64,000 bases of DNA from Nageia nagi (GCA_050084985.1 JBITNC010000001.1:98146001-98210000); one strand, 5' to 3'. Shown: positions 38,140 to 50,849, numbered from the stretch's first letter. The notes: generated by a model from the letters alone, not told the origin. Translations and numbers: made by a program.

Positions 38140-39402
38140 ATGTGGACAAGATCTAAAACCAGAGCAGCAAAAGAAGCACCGGAGTTTAGGACGTTAGATA
38201 CTCCTAGGAGAAAGACCCTGATCAAGTCCAAGTCTCTGAATAGTATCAGCTCCCTAAAATCCTTTACCAAGCCAGAATCATCCAATCTTCATACTAGAAA
38301 TACCTCTCCCGAAATGGCTAATCCAGCTCAGAATATTTATCCGGAATGGGACAATGGAGTACCAATAGCCCTAGCGGTGTTGCATGATATCCCAGCAAAT
38401 GTTTTCAAAACCCTTCCGGAGTTTGATGCAACTTCAGAAAAAACGGCTTATGAGCACTGTGTTGATGTGGCCAGCCTAGCCCAGATTCACAATATTCAGC
38501 ATGAAGATGTTATGGTGAGATTACTGGCTCAGTCTTTCAAAGGAAAGGTCCTGGATTGGTACAGGGGCCTTCCTAATGGATCTATCACTACTTGGGCTCA
38601 ACTGGCAGAGCCCTTTATCTTGGAGTTTAATGAATTAGGAGATCCCTTTTCCTTGTTAACACAGTTCACTTCAATCAAAAGATATGAACAAGAAAATATC
38701 TCGGATTTCAACATTAGATTCCAGAAAACTTGGACGAGAGTACCCATGCCAGTCAGGCCTCAGCAATTTCAAGCCTTAATGTATTACCTGAGAGCCTTTC
38801 CTCCGGATCTCTCTCTGCAAATCCAAAATTCCGGAGTGAATACTTTCCCGGAGGTCTATAGACAAGCAGTATATGCTGAATCCTGTCTTATTGCAGTTGG
38901 AAAATTACCAAGTCGTATGCCAATGCCCTATTTTCCAATAACCGCACAACAGCAGATTTGGAGACCTCCAATAATCAGTTCAGTGCCACCTCTGGCAAGT
39001 ATTCCCGCCCCTGCTCAACCGTGGCCATCAAATTTGCCGGTCCCTAGAGCTCCCTTGGCCTTACAAGCCCCTCCTCAGCCTAATATGAACCAAGGGGTAT
39101 CTTCATCACCGGAAATTCAGGAAATCCGGAATTTGTGTAGAAATATGGCAAACCAGATTACCATTCTGACCAGACAAAGCAATGCCAGAAGGTATCCCTA
39201 TCCTGCTGTAGAAAAGGCTCAACATGTGTTGAATGAGGACGTGGACCAAGCTTCCTCTTCCGGGGCAGTTACTGGGTTGTGCTTGGCCTGTAATGACGCT
39301 CACGAACAAACCACATGTCCTATTTATCAATATCAAGAATATTTATCAAGAAGTGGGGGCATTCCTCCGCCTGGTGTAGCTGATGACATAAGCCGGAGAT
39401 GA
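38140..39402 (+). CDS. gag: Retrotransposon Gag (Retrotrans_gag capsid domain, Pro-rich linker, CX2CX3HX4C knuckle), 420 aa
   Basis: HEDVMVRLLAQSFKGKVLDWYRGLPNGSITTWAQLAEPFILEF...ENISDFNIRF and knuckle CLACNDAHEQTTC in an uninterrupted ORF. Confidence 0.92.
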   Translation: MWTRSKTRAAKEAPEFRTLDTPRRKTLIKSKSLNSISSLKSFTKPESSNLHTRNTSPEMANPAQNIYPEWDNGVPIALAVLHDIPANVFKTLPEFDATSEKTAYEHCVDVASLAQIHNIQHEDVMVRLLAQSFKGKVLDWYRGLPNGSITTWAQLAEPFILEFNELGDPFSLLTQFTSIKRYEQENISDFNIRFQKTWTRVPMPVRPQQFQALMYYLRAFPPDLSLQIQNSGVNTFPEVYRQAVYAESCLIAVGKLPSRMPMPYFPITAQQQIWRPPIISSVPPLASIPAPAQPWPSNLPVPRAPLALQAPPQPNMNQGVSSSPEIQEIRNLCRNMANQITILTRQSNARRYPYPAVEKAQHVLNEDVDQASSSGAVTGLCLACNDAHEQTTCPIYQYQEYLSRSGGIPPPGVADDISRR

Positions 39403-39565
39403 TGAAGCCATTTTTGTGCTTTCTTTAAAAAAAAAAAAAAAAAAATTCAAATCCATGTGGTTCCGGACCCTATGTAGTAGTGAAACGCTTTGGTATTATT
39501 TTTTCAGACTGGGTTCTAAATTCCTCTTTGATAAAGGCGAAATTTTCCCTCAGAGGTCGCCATAA

Positions 39566-41222
39566 TGTATATTCATACATAATAAATTCTTTATTAAAGC
39601 CCCGGTGTACTTTACTTGCAATCATGGGTTCATTTTAAGATCCCCGGGAGTTTTTCTGGAGCAAACAAAACAGGCCGGAGTCCGGAAGTAAAGAATTCCG
39701 GAATAAGATGATGACGTCACAGAGGATAAGACAGTCGCATTTTGGTAAAAACCGGGTTCCGGAGATGATGATGTCAGCAAGGGGTGATTAAAAGACCGGA
39801 GTCAGTGGATCAAGCGTTCCGGAATGAAATGATAAAAGCTCAGTTGTGGAAAGGCCCATATTCCGGAGAAAGCAAGTAAAACATTTCCGGAAGGGGAAGA
39901 TGACATCACGGGAAGAACAACGTTCACATTTTTGAATGAAACCGGGTTTCGGAAGTGATGAGGTCAGTAAGGAGCTATCAAATAGCCGGAGCCAGTAAGC
40001 AACATATTCCGGAGGTAAGAGATGACGTCAGCGATTCCGGAGCCTTAACCCAAAACCGGAGCCCGGAAGTGATGAGGTCAGCAAGAGATAATCAAAGAAG
40101 CCGAAGCCGGTAGCTTAAGTGTTCCGGAAGTAAAGCATTCCGGATAAAACGATGACATCACGACGGAAAGGATAAAGCTCAGTTTTGCTAAAGAACGGGT
40201 TCCGAAGATGATGAGGTCAGCAAGAGATAATCAAAGAAGCCGGAGCCGGTTAAGTAGAGCATTCCGGAAATGTAAAGATGACGTCACGGATTTCACGTCT
40301 TAACCCAAACCCGGATCCCGGAAGGATGAGGGCCGCAAAAAGTGATCAAATAGCCGGAGCCAGTGAGTAAAATATTCCGGAATGTAGAGACGAAGCCAGC
40401 AAAAGGTCAGATCACAGTTGACAAGAAGCGTATCATCTGCAATCTGCCCGTTTTTGTAATATTCTGCCAAGTGGCGTATGTTTTGTAACCGTTAAAAGAA
40501 GGCTAGGATCTTGAAGCCGTTTTTGTAACCGTTTCTGTTCTGCACTTCTTGTAACTGTAGTTACTACAGTATAAATATATGAAAATAAAGTGAGAAAAAG
40601 GTCGGAAGCCTAGTATTGCTCTTTACATGTGTTCTCGAAGACCTGTAGTTTTTATCAGTAATATGAAACCATCTTGACCTTTCTTGTCTAACACTCGTAA
40701 TTGTCATTCTTAATTTGGTTACATCGTGGCAGCTTGGCTTGTTTCCTGAATGATAATTGCGGGTTGCTAGTATAACTGTGTCTGCTACATGGTAGAGTAA
40801 AGCTGGGAAACTATTAGAGAGTGAGAGCTTGTACCGTAGCTGCTACACTAGATTCAGGCCAAGGTTTCACACACTGTGAAAGCCCGCGCTGAACTAGTGA
40901 TCCACCTTTGCTTTCTCTCTTGTTACCCTAAGCCCTTTTGCTTAAATTCCTCGCACTCTTCTCCTTTTATTTCTTTCCTGTTACCCTAACCCTTTTGCTT
41001 GAATTCCTCGCACCCTACTCTTTTTATTTCTTTCCTGTTACCCTAACCCTTTTGCTTGAATTCCTCGCACCCTATCTTTTATTTCCTTTCCTGTTACTTT
41101 TTCTATGCCCAATAGATAAGGAACCGGCCTTCTCCGGAGATCAGACTGTCACTATAGTCTGTTCATGATTTACTTTGGTTAAGATTGCTCACGGCGCATA
41201 TATTACACGATCCTAATCAACA
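39566..41222 (+). repeat. 3' LTR of the gag-only element
   Basis: Near-identical to 36334-37991 and followed by TSD GATGC. Confidence 0.96.
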
Positions 41223-43537
41223 GATGCTGTGTGTGAAAAATCAGCATGCAAACAAATAGTTTTTCAGAAGTCTCAACAAATATTCAAAATCATTCAGCTG
41301 ATTTAATATCTCATGAACGTACACTGTCCTGCAACCAAAATTAACTTCTAAAAAAAGCATCAAAACTAAATGCTAAAATTATTTCAGTAAGCTGTCTATT
41401 GTAGTTGTAATATAGCAAGTCACATATAGCTTTTATTCAAACCAACCATTTGGAAGTCATCAGCAATTAGCGACCAATTACATGTTGTAAAACATAAGAA
41501 TCATTCTCTCTATTATTTGCTTTTATCATTTATGCATTACTCGAAAGAGAGAATTTGTGTTAGTTAAACATAATACAGGAAAAACAAAAATATGTTGAAA
41601 CTCCAATGAGAAAAATATATGAAGTGACTTGTAGACACTTCCTACTAACCATTCAACAAACTGTTAAATTGAAAAAAAAAAAGCTGCAAGAACCATGTAA
41701 CATGATACTTCTTCTCCTAGAAAATATGTCTGTTACCTGACAAGCTTAAGAGTGCTAAAGTATTCAGAAAAGTCCATCCGTGCAAGGAGCACATTATTTT
41801 GTGAGCAAAATAAATGCCACGTTTTTATTGTTTCCAGATTTCAATGATTAGGTTGGTTTTCATACATGTCATTTTCAAAGAACACTTCAGTTTGCTTTAT
41901 AATATGCTTTGATGATTTTCTGGTAATTTTACAAACAAAACTTCTTAAAAATATGGCAAAGCAAAAAAGAATGAACCATATACTCACTATATCGTTTTCT
42001 TTAATCCTTCAAAGCCCCAGTTTTTTCTTCCAGTGCATGTCGATTTGACTCTCTATTGCATGATTCCCAGTCTAATAGTGCATATTTTATCAGACCTTTC
42101 ATTGGTTTTTTAACAGCTTTTGATCACCTCCTTTTGTGAACTTCAGTACCACACGTGAAGATGCACTTAATGCTGACTGCCCTTTTGTTGCCAGACTGCT
42201 TTCAACCCAAATAAACCATCTAGAATATCCAGTGATTTATGTGATGTTTTGTACATGAATGAAAACATCTTCGATTTTTTAAAAATTGGAAAGGACAAAT
42301 GTGTTTACTATAGTTGCATGCAATTGTTCACTTGGACTTCGGTTAAATATGATTATTTATATGTGATATTTGTCACAGGTCCAATAATAAAAGTGAAAAC
42401 CGATTTATACATATACCTTAGAAAGAAATCTAAATGTTGGTTCTGCACATTCATATGTTTGATCTTGGAAGAAATTGCTCAAACGGATTTCAAAAGCCTT
42501 GCATGTGTTCCATGGTTGTATAAGATAAACCAAGGAAATATTCAAAATTCTAAGTAATGGGATAGAAAAAGTTATCATATCATGAAGACTGAATCCAACA
42601 AAACGCAAGTGAAAATCTTATTTTTTAAAACGCCCAATGAATTGCACTGAGCAAGAGTATAACCATAAATCCTTGTTCTAGATACTGAAACTTGTTAAAT
42701 GAAGTTGCTCATCTCTCAAAATAATCGGCTTGATACATACCTGGACAGAAATTTCTTCTGAACATTGCTGCAACTAAAATGAAAAGATGAAAAAGTGGCA
42801 CTCTGAAAAGCATATGACTGACCTACTGCTTCTCACTATAGAATAACTTTAATGATGGATAAGAAGGGAAAATTGTATTAACATTGACATTTTGCAGGAA
42901 GTGTATAGTACAGCAACATCAAGAATGAATTCCAACATTGTGACCACTACGCAAAACGATAAATAAAATATTTGATACAGAAATTGACAGGACAGAGGCT
43001 ATCTTGCATACCAAATGTTATTATCCACCTCTCAATGTCAAATTACATTGAAGAAATAACAGAGCACCCAAGACATCCAGATTTTCCAAGCTCAATTTAT
43101 CTTGAACTTCATCGTCACAGCCTAAGCCAAAACAACTTGTACCTGTTGCAATTCCATACACAAGTAATTTGCAAAAACTCCATAAACTTCATACAATTCA
43201 ACACTATTAATTTGTTAAAAGTTTATAAAAATAAAAACAATGTCCCATCAACTTATCGTTGTCCACTTGGTCATTTGCTTGTTTTACCTCAGGTTCTAGA
43301 TTTGAACAGGTATGAATGTTAAAGAGAAATGGACATAGACTCAAAAAAGTTGCTATTCATCATTCTCAAATTGTTGAGTCCACAACTTACAGTATCAACA
43401 AGAATTAGCCCATCAATAATGACTCGGTCATGTTATGCACAAGCAGATTGTTACTTTATGATGTTAAGAAGAACAGTTTGTATGACACTTCATAAATTTC
43501 CTACTATGCAAGCTGTCAAGAATCATGTCTCTTGGTT

Positions 43538-43695
43538 AGACATTGCAAAAAGGGTAAACTCAGATATCAGAGTGGCCTGATACCAAGCCAGGCATTGCAA
43601 AAGGGGTAAAATCAGATATCAGAGTGACCAGATATCAAGCCAGACATTGCAAAAGGGATAAACTCAGATATCAGAGTGGCCAGATACCAAGTCAG
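43538..43695. repeat. 52-bp tandem repeat x3
   Basis: CATTGCAAAA...CAGATATCAGAGTG.C..GATA.CAAG.CAG units start at 43541, 43593 and 43645. Confidence 0.92.
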
Positions 43696-44334
43696 TACAA
43701 TTCAGGATATAAATGGCAATGAAAACTAGGAATTGAATGGCAAATTAAGTTCGATTACATTATACCTGTGCACAAAAGCCAGTAATATAAACACCAAATG
43801 AACCATTTATTTCCAACATCTTGCATTTTTATAACACAGTTTGCAAAAGGAAATTACTAATTTAAATGGCCAAAGTTGATATTTAACAGTTTGGAAATTA
43901 CAAAATTTTTAAAGGCTTAAAATATGCCAATATTCTACATAATGCCAAAAATTAGATTGTTGCATACTATAGGTTCAGCAATTAGCATGCCATCCCTAGC
44001 CTCTGAACCATGAATATAAAGTTAGGTGATATTTCTATCATCAATTGAAGCACACAAAACTAAGAAACTATACCCTGCAAAGAGGTGAATTTGCACACCT
44101 CTATACTATATGAGAAAGAAAATGCTAGATCTGAGAGTACTGACGTGGTGATCTTCCAGGAAAAAAACAATCAAAATTCTTAGCAAGGGATAAAACAAAA
44201 CACTGGAATGAGTTGGAGATGGTAATCCAAGGAGAAGCTCTGAGGTCACATTTTGGAATACATAAAAAGACAAAATGTAAAATCCAACTGACATGGAAAC
44301 CATTCTCATTGGTCCCAAACTTGCTGATGGTAGC

Positions 44335-44620
44335 TCTGTTATGAAACTCTGCCCAAGTCCAAGTCCAAGGGGTTCTACCGAGTCACTCAGGCTCGGACTC
44401 ACTGTGGACCCAGCCAAGTGTTGGAGACTCACGAGTCATTCTGAAAAGCGTGAGGGGGAAAAAAAAGAGAAAAACAATTTGGGAATGCTCAATCTAATTT
44501 TTCTACTTGACATCGAATTTTATTCGAGTTTGACCAAATCTTGCACCCACCAACAGTTGGAATTTGAAATAAGAAAAATTATTTTCCTGTTTTTCATATC
44601 ATTTTTGGGGTTTTAGAGGT
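44335..44620. mobile_element. hAT-type MITE end fragment
   Basis: CTGTTATGAAACTC followed by a GC-rich cluster of GAGTC/GACTC/CCAAGT motifs typical of hAT subtermini. The second TIR was not found. Confidence 0.4.
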
Positions 44621-46699
44621 TTATTCTGTTGCTGATATGATATACCATGGGAAAAGAAATTTCAACCAATAAATACAAAACTTGAAATGCAAATAAATCA
44701 AATTTCACATCCAAGCCTCCTAAAAAAAATAGAATTCAGTTTCTATTAACAATTAATGATTTCTCTAGGGCTGGGTATATTTCTTCATATCAAACCTTAG
44801 GCATTTCAAACACAGTTGAAAGCTATGGTAGAACTAGAGACAGTAACCAGTTCCAAAATTATCACCCTTCCTTCAATAGTAATGAAGAATTTACTTAAAG
44901 ATGGGTTTGAGGCCTTTCCAGAGTCCAAAGACATAAATAGTCAGTTTAAAACTTCATATACAAACTTGTGGTTTGATAAAATTTCTGATTCTCAAGTACA
45001 AACTTGAGTATTTTGTATTTTCTATCTCATGGCTGACCTAAATTAAATGCAGTATAATTAAGGTCATAATGTTTCTAAGTACCTGTGCCATATTAAACCT
45101 CACTGTTTGTCAAATAGACTGTCCAGGTTGATTTCTCTCTACTTTGACAAGTAAGGGCAGTCCAAAAAAGGGAACTAAGGAGAGAGTACGGACGATACTT
45201 TTAATATGACTAAAATTGTCTAGGACATGAATCAGTCAACCAGACTGAGAGTATGTGTTCAATTGATTATTGACTACAATTATCAATTGTTGACTGTTCA
45301 CTGCCATACTAAATAGACTTGACCTTATTGCAATAGTTGGGCTTAATTTTTTAGGCATGAACGACATGTATTCAGTTACAACTGCAGTTAAAAACTGAGT
45401 GACATAAAAAACTCAATTCACAATCCAGTGCACAGCTAGGTACAATTCCATGGAATGCATGGAGTTGTACGCTTTGATACCTTTCACGTTTTCTTACAGC
45501 AAGAACTTGAGAGATATACAACTGAGAGGGTTCAATAGATGCTAAATTCAGTATTCATAAATTTTCCTTGACACGGTGCTTGAAAGAGTTTGGAGTGATG
45601 CTTTGACACATAAAAAGTCTTCTTTGCTTGATTACTAATAGACGTTAAACATGCTACAAAGGAGGAACAACAAAACTAGATAACCAAAACCATAGCATTC
45701 ATCTTGTGTGGAAAGTAAAACCCACCTAGAGTTATCATTCATTCTTAAAAACTAGCATGAGAGTACCACAGAAATTTGTATCTAGTTTTGGCTTCACTCT
45801 TTTTCTGGAAAGAGAAAACATGCTATTCTGTGTTGAGATAAATTGAACTTACTAACAGCTAAAACACAAAGATGCAGCTTATGCTCCTACAAAACTACAG
45901 ATACAAGCGCCCATTTGCTACCTACCCCAAAGATGTAATGACCCTCAAGCGCTTACTGGAATGACAATTATTTTAAGGTTTTCATCTCTTGGAGAATGAG
46001 ATGATAGGAACAAGAATTCTCCTACATATAAGCCAGTGTCTTCATATATTTCTTGTACATCTCTGCCAGAAGAAAAAAACTGAGGATTGTTTCTGTTTTG
46101 TAAGCAGATTGAAGTTCACAGCAAAATGCCTCAAAAGATCAGTACCGTCTTTCCTTTGCCTTGACAAGTACCGTCAATGCTGTTGATTATTTGTTATGTG
46201 CATCATCAAAATTACTTTTGAATTAAAGATTCCTATCTCATAACAGCTTTGAAATGCTATCATTTGTTTGGGTTTATTTGTCATTACTGTTTGAAAACAT
46301 TGTGAGTTCAAACTCCACACAAGACCCTCCTAGTTCCAGTGTATGAAAGCAATGGGTGTGCACCTGAGAGATTTTAGTATACTTTTTAATTTCTTGTGAT
46401 TCCAACAAAAGAATAAAACTATTAAACACATATCACAAAAAATCTGGAAGTGTCAAAGAAATTAAGTACTCACCTATCAATTATCTGCATGGTGCCAACC
46501 AAGAATTTTTCCCGCACACAGGTATATTGCTCTCTACTAGATAAAACTCAATTATTTTCCATCTATAAGATAAATGTTCTTGCATACGATATTGGAGGTT
46601 TGTGAGAACAAAAGGTGCTTGCAGTAGCCATTAGGACTCTCAGTGTGACCAGCAAATGCTCATCAAGAAGTTAAAAGAAGTAATTTATCCATTCTATAC

Positions 46700-46832
46700 T
46701 TAAGCCTCTTTGCCAAATCTTTGCAACAGAAATTTATCAAGCTCTCCATAAGTTGGGGTACCATCTTGGCTCACATAATCTGTTGGCAATGAGTGAATGC
46801 ATGCAAGGATATGCTGAACATCTTTATAAAGC
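46700..46832 (-). CDS. VPS54: VPS54 (GARP subunit), last coding exon with stop TAA
   Basis: TGCAG| acceptor; (R)LYKDVQHILACIHSLPTDYVSQDGTPTYGELDKFLLQRFGKEA* matches the plant VPS54 C-terminus (CIRSLP...WGQLDEF). Confidence 0.93.
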
Positions 46833-46950
46833 CTGCAGATACAGAAGTATCTTGTAAATATCATTGTACCCCTTCGTGCATTTCATATGAAATAAACCTA
46901 GATTTGAACTTGAAAACTACACAATAGACAAAAAAGACAATCCATTTGAC

Positions 46951-47031
46951 CTGTTTTTCACTTGAGTTGTGCTAGCATCTATCTTTAAGAATGCATCTGA
47001 AATCTGTGAATGGAAGTTTTCAACCACTTGT
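46951..47031 (-). CDS. VPS54: VPS54 coding exon (81 bp)
   Basis: AACAG| ... AG|GTCAAA; (R)QVVENFHSQISDAFLKIDASTTQVKN(R). Phases match both neighbours. Confidence 0.93.
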
Positions 47032-48394
47032 CTGTTCAGACACATCAAGAACAAATCAATCATCCCAGCAGAAATAAACAATACCAAAATGAACATTTCA
47101 AAAGTTGTAATGTAATAGATGCATCTTCAATTGCCAAGGACAAAGCATATGAATATCTCTTATTGTTCACTACTAATAAATTACAACCTACGGAACCCAA
47201 ATTAAATAAGAAGTTATCAAGACAGTAGAGCGCTCAAATGATCCCCTGTGGAAAAGGCAACAAGCACAGAAAATGAATTAAATAAAAAATTATGAAACAC
47301 ACATGCTTTCTAGAATAGAAATAAAAATGGATAGCACATAGTAAGTCATCACTGTACACAGCTCACATCAGAAGCCATACGAAATAGTATAGTTGAACCT
47401 TTAGAAGCATCATCCTGTCATCTCTGTGAAAATCTGCTGTCTGAATAATTGAATGGTGATGCTAATCAATAGTGCATTATATCTTCTATGTCCTCTCAAG
47501 GCACCCAACCTTATGCATGATATCCTTTAACAAAGGCACCCATCCTTGTACATGTTCCCCTTCAACAGTTTAAGTTGAGTCAACTTTTTAGAGCTTAGTT
47601 TCTCCTCTAGAATCTATATTGTCCACTCCCCTCTTGTATACTTGGCCAACATTTTAATTTCCACCAAAAAGCTTCTGGATTCATCCAATCACAATATTAT
47701 GTGTACAGTTTAACTTGAACTAAACAATCAGCTCCAAGAATCAATTTCCATTTCAAGCATTGTGAGCATGGATACTATTTTGAATTTTCCTTTCATAAAA
47801 GCATAATGAAGTTCCACAATTGTGTTATTGAAAGACCTCCATCATCCTTATAATGTATATAAGTTTTACAATCTTGAAATCTTATTCCGTATTTGATACA
47901 TTAGTCAAACTTAGAAATGAATTGTATTTCTTTGATGGAAATATAATGATGCTTTATGTTATTTCAAGGATGTGAAGGCTGTGATTTCTCCAGATGATCA
48001 TGAAATATGTCAGCATAAAATAAGAAATCGTTGATCATGGATGTTAGGATAGATATCAGGAGTACTCTTCTTCCTCTAGATTGTATTGATGTATTATATG
48101 CCTTTGTGGATACTGCTTTGCACAATTTTTACACATTTGAATATCCTCCTCTTATTAGATTCTTGAGATTTAGATTTAGACATCTAATGTTTGGCTATTT
48201 CAGCCATGGATTAGCCTTGTTGAATCTTTAATTCTATGGGCCTACTTTGGTCAATGACATTAATAGAACTCCCTTCCTTCTTATATCTTGATTTCGCATA
48301 ACATCACTTTATATTGATTGGAGGAAAACAGAAGAAAAAACTGCATCTTATGAATTTACATTCTGAAGTAGTAGTGCATTGAACATCCTCTCAC

Positions 48395-48462
48395 CTAAAG
48401 ATCATTTGAACATCTCGCTCAAGGAGAATCGGAGAGAGAACACGCTGCAGGACACCAACTTC
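48395..48462 (-). CDS. VPS54: VPS54 coding exon (68 bp)
   Basis: TTCAG| ... AG|GTGAGA; EVGVLQRVLSPILLERDVQMIF(R) resembles EVGYLHRVLSETLHEADVQAIFR. Confidence 0.93.
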
Positions 48463-50427
48463 CTGAATATATAACAGAAAGGAAACATAAAGATAAGTCA
48501 CAAATCATGATATAAAGCATTTGAAAATTGTTCAACTGCATTCCAAGTTTGATGCAGACATTAATTCTTTGTAAGTCTTATCTATAATCTATAAAAGTAA
48601 CAAGATTTAATGAAAGAGGGAATACTAAAGACTCGAGCATCACCAATAAAGAATAGGCCTATGAAAATAGTTTGAGAAGTATTTATTTCAAATAGAAATG
48701 TAGGGTGTCAAAAAACGAAGCATAAACAATCTCAAAAAAGAAATTTGCAAATGCTCTTACACAAAAACAATAGTTGGAATTTGGTAATACGTTCACCTAT
48801 TTATTGTTTTAGAGCAGCAAGAAAATGGAAATAAAAACAATTTATCTATGCCCAATTGAGACTAAAATAGATCAATGTGATCGAAAAAAATATCTAGAGC
48901 ATTAATATTCTTATATGAAACAAAATGCAGTCAAGCCATTTCAGAAGGGACACTATCCCCATTTGATAAACAAAAAGATAATGAATAACCACAGCAATAC
49001 TATCCATCAAAAAACATAAAAACACTCACTAAGAAGAGTCAATGAGAAGCGAAGTAACAAAATACAATCCTTGAGGATCACAAAGACACCATCAATGGAT
49101 GGGTAACAAAGGGATTAGAACATGAACCGGAAAAAAAAGACTAACCCATACAGCCTTCAAACATTCAACACTTGATTATAAACTAAAAGAACTCCAAAAA
49201 AAATGCCTACAATGCCAATTAAGCCTGACTGTGGAACATCACCATCTTATCATGCATGAAGATGAAAAAGCTGTTAAAACTTAAAAGGTATCCCAAAGTG
49301 ACATAGAACTCGGGCAAATTGTGCTCATTATCATTGTAATAAACTAAGACAAGACCCATCACAGACCACTTTAATCAAAAACTACCGATCTGCATATTCT
49401 GCTTTGCAATCAGAAAATAGTACAGCAGATGTTAGAAATTACAAGTGGCACTGAAAACAAGGAATCATGTCCCATCATCATCAATTAAATGTCAGTAGAA
49501 TCAGTAAAAGATCATTGGAGAAATGTTTTGTCTGAATGGAATAAGGTTAAAACATCATAATAAATGTCACTTATTGGGGACAGTACCACAAAAATTCATG
49601 ACTAAACCTTGCTAAAAAGTCCATACACTCGTAGACAACAATGCATAAAAGTCATTCATCAAATAATGATGTTATCGCCTTTCCAGTGCAGAGACAATTA
49701 ACCGATAAAAATTACCACTACATGCTAAAATAAATCTGGATCACATGTGATTTTCTCAAAGAACATGTAGATATCTTCCCAGATAATATTGACATAGAAA
49801 GCTAGAAAGATGATAAGCATCAATATAGAGATACTGCACTTTGTATATAATTAACGTCGAGAAGCAATCCTATAGCTACAGTAAGGGGTGGAGTGGAGAA
49901 CCAAAATGTCGCATGTGAGTCCGTCCGTTAAACATCAGCTTCAATATTTAAAAAAAATGAATTGACTTTTTTATTAAAAAAAAAAAGAATAATCGACTTC
50001 AAATAGAAATATAAATATATGTATGCATATTTAAAAATTAAAATAGAAATGATATCTTTCGGCGTTGTTTTGATATATAAAAGGGTATATCAAAGCTAGT
50101 GTGAATTAATGATACCTCTTTTGAAATGAAAATTTCAAGAAAAATATTCCATCCTTCTGAGGAAAACAATGTCTTCCATGTGGGGTGTAGAAGACTGTGT
50201 TCTGACAGCAAATGAAAGTTGAAAGCATAAAATAAAAACCATAAATGCATTCTTACCAAGAGTATATCTGAAAAAAGAGATAACTAGATACCAACATATG
50301 GCCCTAAAATGGACTACGCATGTCTTCTAAAACCTTATCAAAAAGATGAAAATCAAAATGGACCCCTAAAGTGGGAATTAGATTATTTGAACGTTATTGA
50401 GAACTACTAAACAACATTTGAAGAAAC

Positions 50428-50849
50428 TGATAAAAATGTGCAACAATGTGTTCATCCCTCTAGAAACTAATGTATTTTTCAAGAGTAAGGAAATATAAGG
50501 GTATCCCTTCTCACTCAAGACCAAGCCAGTTCCTTACAATTAATTCCCATACTTGCGCAAAATAATCTAATGATCCCACCTAGCCCCTTTTCTCTAAAGG
50601 GGTCGATCTTCCCTTACTTATAGAGACAATGGCAGCACATCCCTCTACTCCCAAGGTCGAGTCCTCTTCTCTGTCTTCTATTTAATAAGTTGGAAGTACA
50701 TGCTCACTAAAACAACTTGGAATTGATCTCACTCAACCGAGAAAGGTCTAGGTCATTTATGTACGCATATAAATGAATAAAACACAGCAAATCCGTTCCA
50801 TATTATTTAAGAGAGTCCATACATAATTGCGTACTCCAACTCACCGACA
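50428..50849. mobile_element. Possible small solo LTR
   Basis: A TG...CA segment flanked by AAAC/AAAC, with CpG retained and a reverse TATA-like CTTATAG. No partner LTR or PBS. Confidence 0.3.

Larger units (their letters stand above)
36334..41222 (+). mobile_element. Very young gag-only LTR retrotransposon (TR-GAG-like; Tat/Ogre-related Gypsy)
   Basis: LTRs 36334-37991 (1658 bp) and 39566-41222 (1657 bp), TG...CA, about 6 differences seen by eye. Perfect TSD GATGC at 36329-36333 and 41223-41227. PBS at 38003-38020, a single intact gag ORF, no pol. Confidence 0.96.

Noticed and set aside
41737-46186. A second protein-coding gene downstream of VPS54
   Set aside because: Exon-like segments could not be joined into a recognisable or long reading frame. 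Treated as a possible non-coding extension.
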